A stretch of DNA of 64,000 nucleotides from Macrostomum hystrix (taxonomy: Eukaryota > Animalia > Platyhelminthes): assembly GCA_950097015.1 (NCBI GenBank), contig CATNEN010000039.1, positions 9,486,001-9,550,000 on the forward strand. Reading direction: 5' to 3'. Both the position numbers and the translations under genes were made by a program. Shown here piece by piece: positions 61,101 through 64,000 of the stretch. Each line of letters begins with the position of its first letter. Within the stretch, counting starts at the first letter, position 1. The notes under the pieces are model-generated. The model made no database searches. It was not told the origin of the DNA and worked only from the letters and a program-made list of their open reading frames with translations.

Positions 61101-63997
61101 CCCTGGTCGTATGCAGCTGCTGAGCGACCCTGCTTCCAGAATGGGGAGCTCTAAGCACGAGCTGGTCAATTTTTGCTGTCGCCTCTATGGCACCCTGCGC
61201 ATCTGCCCGATTGAATTTGTCTCACACACTGTCTCTGCCGTGTCCCGCACCGCTCTTCTTTCACAGGTCGCAGCCGCGCTCCGCACCGCCCCGCCGTGTC
61301 AGTGTCCGCTCTGTGCCGGCTGTCGCTGGCACCCAGCACCAGGAAGTCCTATGCCAGCCGCCTGCGAGTCTGGAGCGAATTCTGCCGGCAGCGTCGAGTT
61401 CCTACGGCCGCCGCTTCCGAGTCCGACGTGTGCCACTTCGTCGTCTTCCTCCTGCAGCGCGGAACTGCCTCATACTCCAGCGTGCAATCAAGCCTCGGCG
61501 CGGTCTCATTCCTACATAGGGCTTCAGCGTCACCAGATCCGACCAAAAACTGTGCCAGGCTGGCTCTCATCTGCCGGGGGGCGCGGCGCCTCCTGGCCCA
61601 GCAGCCGAGACAAGCGACACCACTGCAGCCGCACCACCTTCGCCTGCTCTGCAGCTGCCCCGAGTTCCATCGGTCACTATCACCGCGTCTCCTTGCTGCC
61701 TTCAGGGCGGCGTTGCTGGTCTCCTGGTGGGGCGTCCTCCGCCTAGGCGAGCTGCTGCCTCCCGCCACAGCAGACTCACTGCGCAGGAGTTCTTTGTCAC
61801 CGTGCCCTGGAGGCTTCCGGCTGACACTCAGCAAGTCTAAAACTAACCAATTCAAGGGACGCCAGCTACAAGTTTTCCTACCGCAAGCCGCGAACAGCCA
61901 GCAGATCTGCCCAGCCACGGCCCTGGCCAACCATCTGCGCGTGAACGAGATTTTCAAGCCGCATCTGCCTTTGTTCTCAACTCTGGAAGCCCACGGCCAC
62001 GTGCCTATGTCCGTGTCGACCTTCATTCGACTTCTGAAGCGAGGCCTGTCATTTTGCGGCTTCAATGCGAGCGGCTTCTCAGGCCACAGTCTTCGCCGAG
62101 GCGGAGCCAGCGCTGCCTTCGCGTGCGGCCTCTCCTTGGCCGACATTCGCTGCCTCGGCGACTGGCAATCGGACTGCGTCTTCCGATACTTCTCAGACGA
62201 CGCCTTGTTTGCACGCAGAAGTCGAGCGTCCAGGCAGCTGGTCAACTGTCTCGCATTGTGAAGCTAACTGTCTGATTTTTCTGTGCTGCTTGGCTTTTGC
62301 CTTTTTGCGGTTCATGCTGCCCCCCCCTTCTTTTTTTCTCCCCCCTTTTTTTTTCTTTCGGGGTTTGGGGTCGCTTTCCCCTCCTCGCGCTGCTTTGTGC
62401 CACCGACGCTTTTCTGCTTCGCCTTCTTTTGCTGGGGTGGCGGGGTTAATGTCTCCATTACACGGCGGGCTCTTGTAAGGGCCTGTCGTGTAATGGGTGT
62501 TATCCACCCACCCCCTTTTCTCTCGCTGCCTTCTCACCCACCCCTTGTGGGGGGGTTGGGGTTTTATATACCCGCGTGCCGTGCTTTGACTCGCGTGTCG
62601 CATCGGCTCAATTTTTTTTTTCTTCTTTTTAAATTTTCCTTTAAAAATTGCCTTCCCAACGGATTATCCCAAATCAACCCCATTGAAATCGAATTGCAGC
62701 ACCTGACCCTGACTCGCAGATTTGTGAACGCAATGAGCCGCTACAATATCTGCCAGGTCTCCTTCAGGGAGAGCTGCAAGGCCAAGATTGCGCGTCACTT
62801 GGCACTTAGTAAGGCTGCAAATGAACGACTACTGAGATGCACAAGGATACATATCATTGCATCACTTTGCTTGTGCTTATACCCAGTTGTGCAGTCTGAC
62901 GTCCTCAGAGAGTCGAGATTCATATTGCACCCAAAATAATTACTTGGCGAGGAAAGTGGTTAAATTTTAGCAAAGCCAATTCCTGTTTATCCTCGTGTTT
63001 AATAATAATAATATTGTGTCGCATTTTAAAGTACGCCGGCTTATTCGCAGTCCATGCCTTTCTCTGCTCCTCGTACACAATTTCGTTGGCTTGCTGGTTG
63101 CACCGGATTCTAAAATACCAAGAACTATCAAATCCGGTGCACCTTCACAGTCGAATGGGGGCAGTCGCTGCATGGTCTATGCCATTTAGTACAGTTTACA
63201 GATCAATAAGCTTTGTACTGTGTGGTCATTATGTCTGAAATCGGAAATACTATTTGAATAATCAGCTCATTCAACATTGTCCGAAATCTGGAATAAAAAT
63301 TGCTTATTAGCTCTTTTTCTCGAATTTTAATTGCATATCTCCTAATGAATTTTCTGTGCGAACTACTTACAGTAATCAACTGATTGAATTCGCTTTCAGC
63401 TGGCCGTCAGACCACCGACGTTGAGTTGGAGGACATGATCGAGTCGGGCAACCCGTCGATTTTCACGCAGGGTGTAAGACTCCGATATTCTCATGCCTTT
63501 AGTTCCAAAGGCTGTCTCTTGATTCCCTTGCCTAATTCTTATGATGCACCTTAAAAAAATAATTTTCTTTTCAAAGCACAGATCGTCACAGACACCCAGC
63601 AGGCCAAGCAGTCGCTAGCCGACATCGAGGCCAGGCACGAGGACATCATGAAGCTGGAACGGAGCATCAAGGAGCTGCACGACATGTTCCTAGACATGGC
63701 CGTCCTGGTGGAGAGCCAGGTATAGTGATGGAGCTGCTATTAAAATAGTTCGTAGATACTTAAAAGTACTTTTGATACTTCTGATGGAATACTTCTGTTT
63801 GAGTACTTACTTGGAGGCTGTCCGTAGCGATAACTCGAGTCCAACAATTTAACAAACAGATCGACGCTTTTTTAAACCATATTCAGGGCGAAATGGTCGA
63901 TAGAATCGAATTCAACGTTCAAAAAGCGGTGGACTACATTGAGGCGGCCAAGGCTGACACAAAGAAGGCGGTTAAATATCAAAGCAAGGCTAGGAAG
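55151..63997 (+). CDS. STX1: Syntaxin-1 (Qa-SNARE); the last TM exon lies beyond the window
   Basis: Exons 55151-55216 (MMTRDRL), 55696-55933 (FMDEFFSEV), 56065-56139, 56204-56277 ([10 protein letters not shown]), 56706-56814, 63400-63473 ([15 protein letters not shown]), 63582-63719 ([26 protein letters not shown]) and 63887-63997 ([22 protein letters not shown]). Confidence 0.95.
55275..55520 (+). mobile_element. tRNA-derived CORE-SINE (family B) in syntaxin intron 1
   Basis: TCTAGTGGTTAGAGCG...GGTGCGATTCCC tRNA-like head, then GTCCTTTAGCAAGACACTTAAC CORE motif. Confidence 0.7.
56890..57262. repeat. 29-31 bp minisatellite (GGTGTGCTGTGTGATAACCCCAGTGATTT)n, intronic
   Basis: About 12 copies. 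Confidence 0.93.
58150..58258 (+). CDS. STX1: Alternative syntaxin exon 5b (copy 1), paralogous to exon 56706-56814
   Basis: 109 nt, AG/GT flanked, same phases; [36 protein letters not shown] vs [36 protein letters not shown]. Confidence 0.75.
58517..59572 (+). CDS. Gag-like ORF1 with N-terminal SAP domain and C-terminal Cys/His zinc fingers
   Basis: [28 protein letters not shown] (SAP); FDEDYRK..WG; [20 protein letters not shown]. Confidence 0.85.
   Translation: MDSARKLTAKQLKQELAHYGLSQAGRKQQLYERLGNHLRAVAETADLSSASPTSDTIGGQPAGGGGASRGAAGDLAALRKEVEDLEIEALTRRRAQLQNELKLPQHQRTPGLTPQGEQSEIAVGLHESLLLGREVAELGTSQQELKRSRAYLIRDSVKPSASQSNESLTACMENGNLVFKKQPPSLSRISVGQWISGNSQIMLRLIDDGSLVHLNDDGSINVNQLKGYLQYSRKIGELLDAGYNPGVVWEFDEDYRKLIAESDSHQWGCEPPQLYHRHLNAPRNLKFTVNKPAAAQSQAPICLSFNAPAGCQRSNCRYRHACKLRGCGKPHPAHQHRPANDGIDAAEGAKN
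59569..61746 (+). CDS. Reverse transcriptase + RNase H (ORF2)
   Basis: [38 protein letters not shown]; RNase H ESDSS, HINHKE, YSDS, DPASR. The frame is open from 59569. Confidence 0.92.
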   Translation, partial: LDLFYSQPAFIPCLPPPPFLPSRAPTRSSAPPPPPRRTLSSDMNLAAWEPLLRGDPDEPFLLNGLHHGFRLINKPPPALTRSKNYSSAITQAKQVDQQLAEELRLGRLQLASGPVMLNAIGAIPKSDGSVRIIHDLSSPPGSSVNDSYEQEKSLRFASVRDLARHLRPGSFIGKIDLKQAYRSVGIHPDDHRLTGLSWRFEADTEDSVLVDTRLPFGARASCEIFHRLSASIKRHMLQQGFRATVNYLDDWAVAGESQDAAQRAFDYLVHLLQNLGFSINWSKSSAPAQHVVFLGVHINTVDGTLSLPADKKTDIQNLLSECLARDVVKPKQLEKLVGKLCWVSQINQLLRPFLRPLFDIISVGTDLRLSQDIRDLLHWWLLSIDALPPTPMNPRFRHLVAIESDSSSEGAAGIVCGSSFSDWMYFSWEHDFEAEFRDLHINHKEALAPLLTILHFRDQLSNSRVVVYSDSTAAVGLINKLSCRHPSLIRIYQTVALLCLASGIQLQAFHLPGRMQLLSDPASRMGSSKHELVNFCCRLYGTLRICPIEFVSHTVSAVSRTALLSQVAAALRTAPPCQCPLCAGCRWHPAPGSPMPAACESGANSAGSVEFLRPPLPSPTCATSSSSSCSAELPHTPACNQASARSHSYIGLQRHQIRPKTVPGWLSSAGGRGASWPSSRDKRHHCSRTTFACSAAAPSSIGHYHRVSLLPSGRRCWSPGGASSA
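61267..62261 (+). CDS. Tyrosine recombinase (ORF3)
   Basis: [17 protein letters not shown] (R), SKTNQ (K), [10 protein letters not shown] (HxxR), GDWQS..FRY (W, Y); no in-frame ATG near the 5' end. Confidence 0.9.
62700..62808 (+). CDS. STX1: Alternative syntaxin exon 5b (copy 2, identical)
   Basis: Part of the 228-bp duplication 58097-58324 = 62647-62874. Confidence 0.7.
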
Positions 63998-64000
63998 GTA

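Larger units (their letters stand above)
58322..62646 (+). mobile_element. Ngaro/DIRS-type tyrosine-recombinase retrotransposon, apparently intact, in a syntaxin intron
   Basis: Gag, RT/RNase H and YR ORFs, no methyltransferase; identical ~170-bp direct repeats 58322-58491 and 62450-62619. Confidence 0.92.

Noticed and set aside
61349-62245. 298-aa antisense ORF in the retrotransposon
   Set aside because: A shadow of the GC-rich YR coding strand; no motifs.

Overview
Eukaryotic (animal) genomic DNA with spliceosomal introns and a very high density of intronic mini/microsatellites; the overall style resembles a free-living flatworm such as Macrostomum, which is an inference only. Spliced host genes were reconstructed by hand from splice sites and reading phase. 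They are the 5' part of a Cys-loop GlyR/GluCl-like channel, an ALK/LTK-type glycine-rich-domain gene with a late frameshift, a PAQR/mPR receptor, a WH-WH-double PHD-SAM protein (SAMD1/KAT6-like), a divergent type II pantothenate kinase, a class C GPCR, a secreted protein with a bacterial-type YbaY/YscW domain, and syntaxin-1. Two intronless genes are also present: a CYP1-like P450 and a frameshifted pseudokinase. Mobile DNA comprises two Crypton-like (DUF3504) tyrosine-recombinase elements, an apparently intact Ngaro/DIRS-type YR retrotransposon, a Tc1/IS630-like element, a deleted Harbinger, a solo LTR, LINE 3' ends and two tRNA-SINE families. Three signals stand out. (1) The Crypton-like recombinase gene is bracketed by related ~140-bp imperfect palindromes that should fold well on one strand only (tandem G.A mismatches, GNA loops, bulged bases, covarying stems), reminiscent of integron attC-type ssDNA sites. 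(2) The Ngaro element appears to make Gag-Pol via an A_AAA_AAC -1 frameshift, and to express its ATG-less recombinase via a splice that fuses it to the Gag SAP domain. (3) That insertion is flanked by a 228-bp duplication of host sequence that copies a mutually exclusive syntaxin exon.
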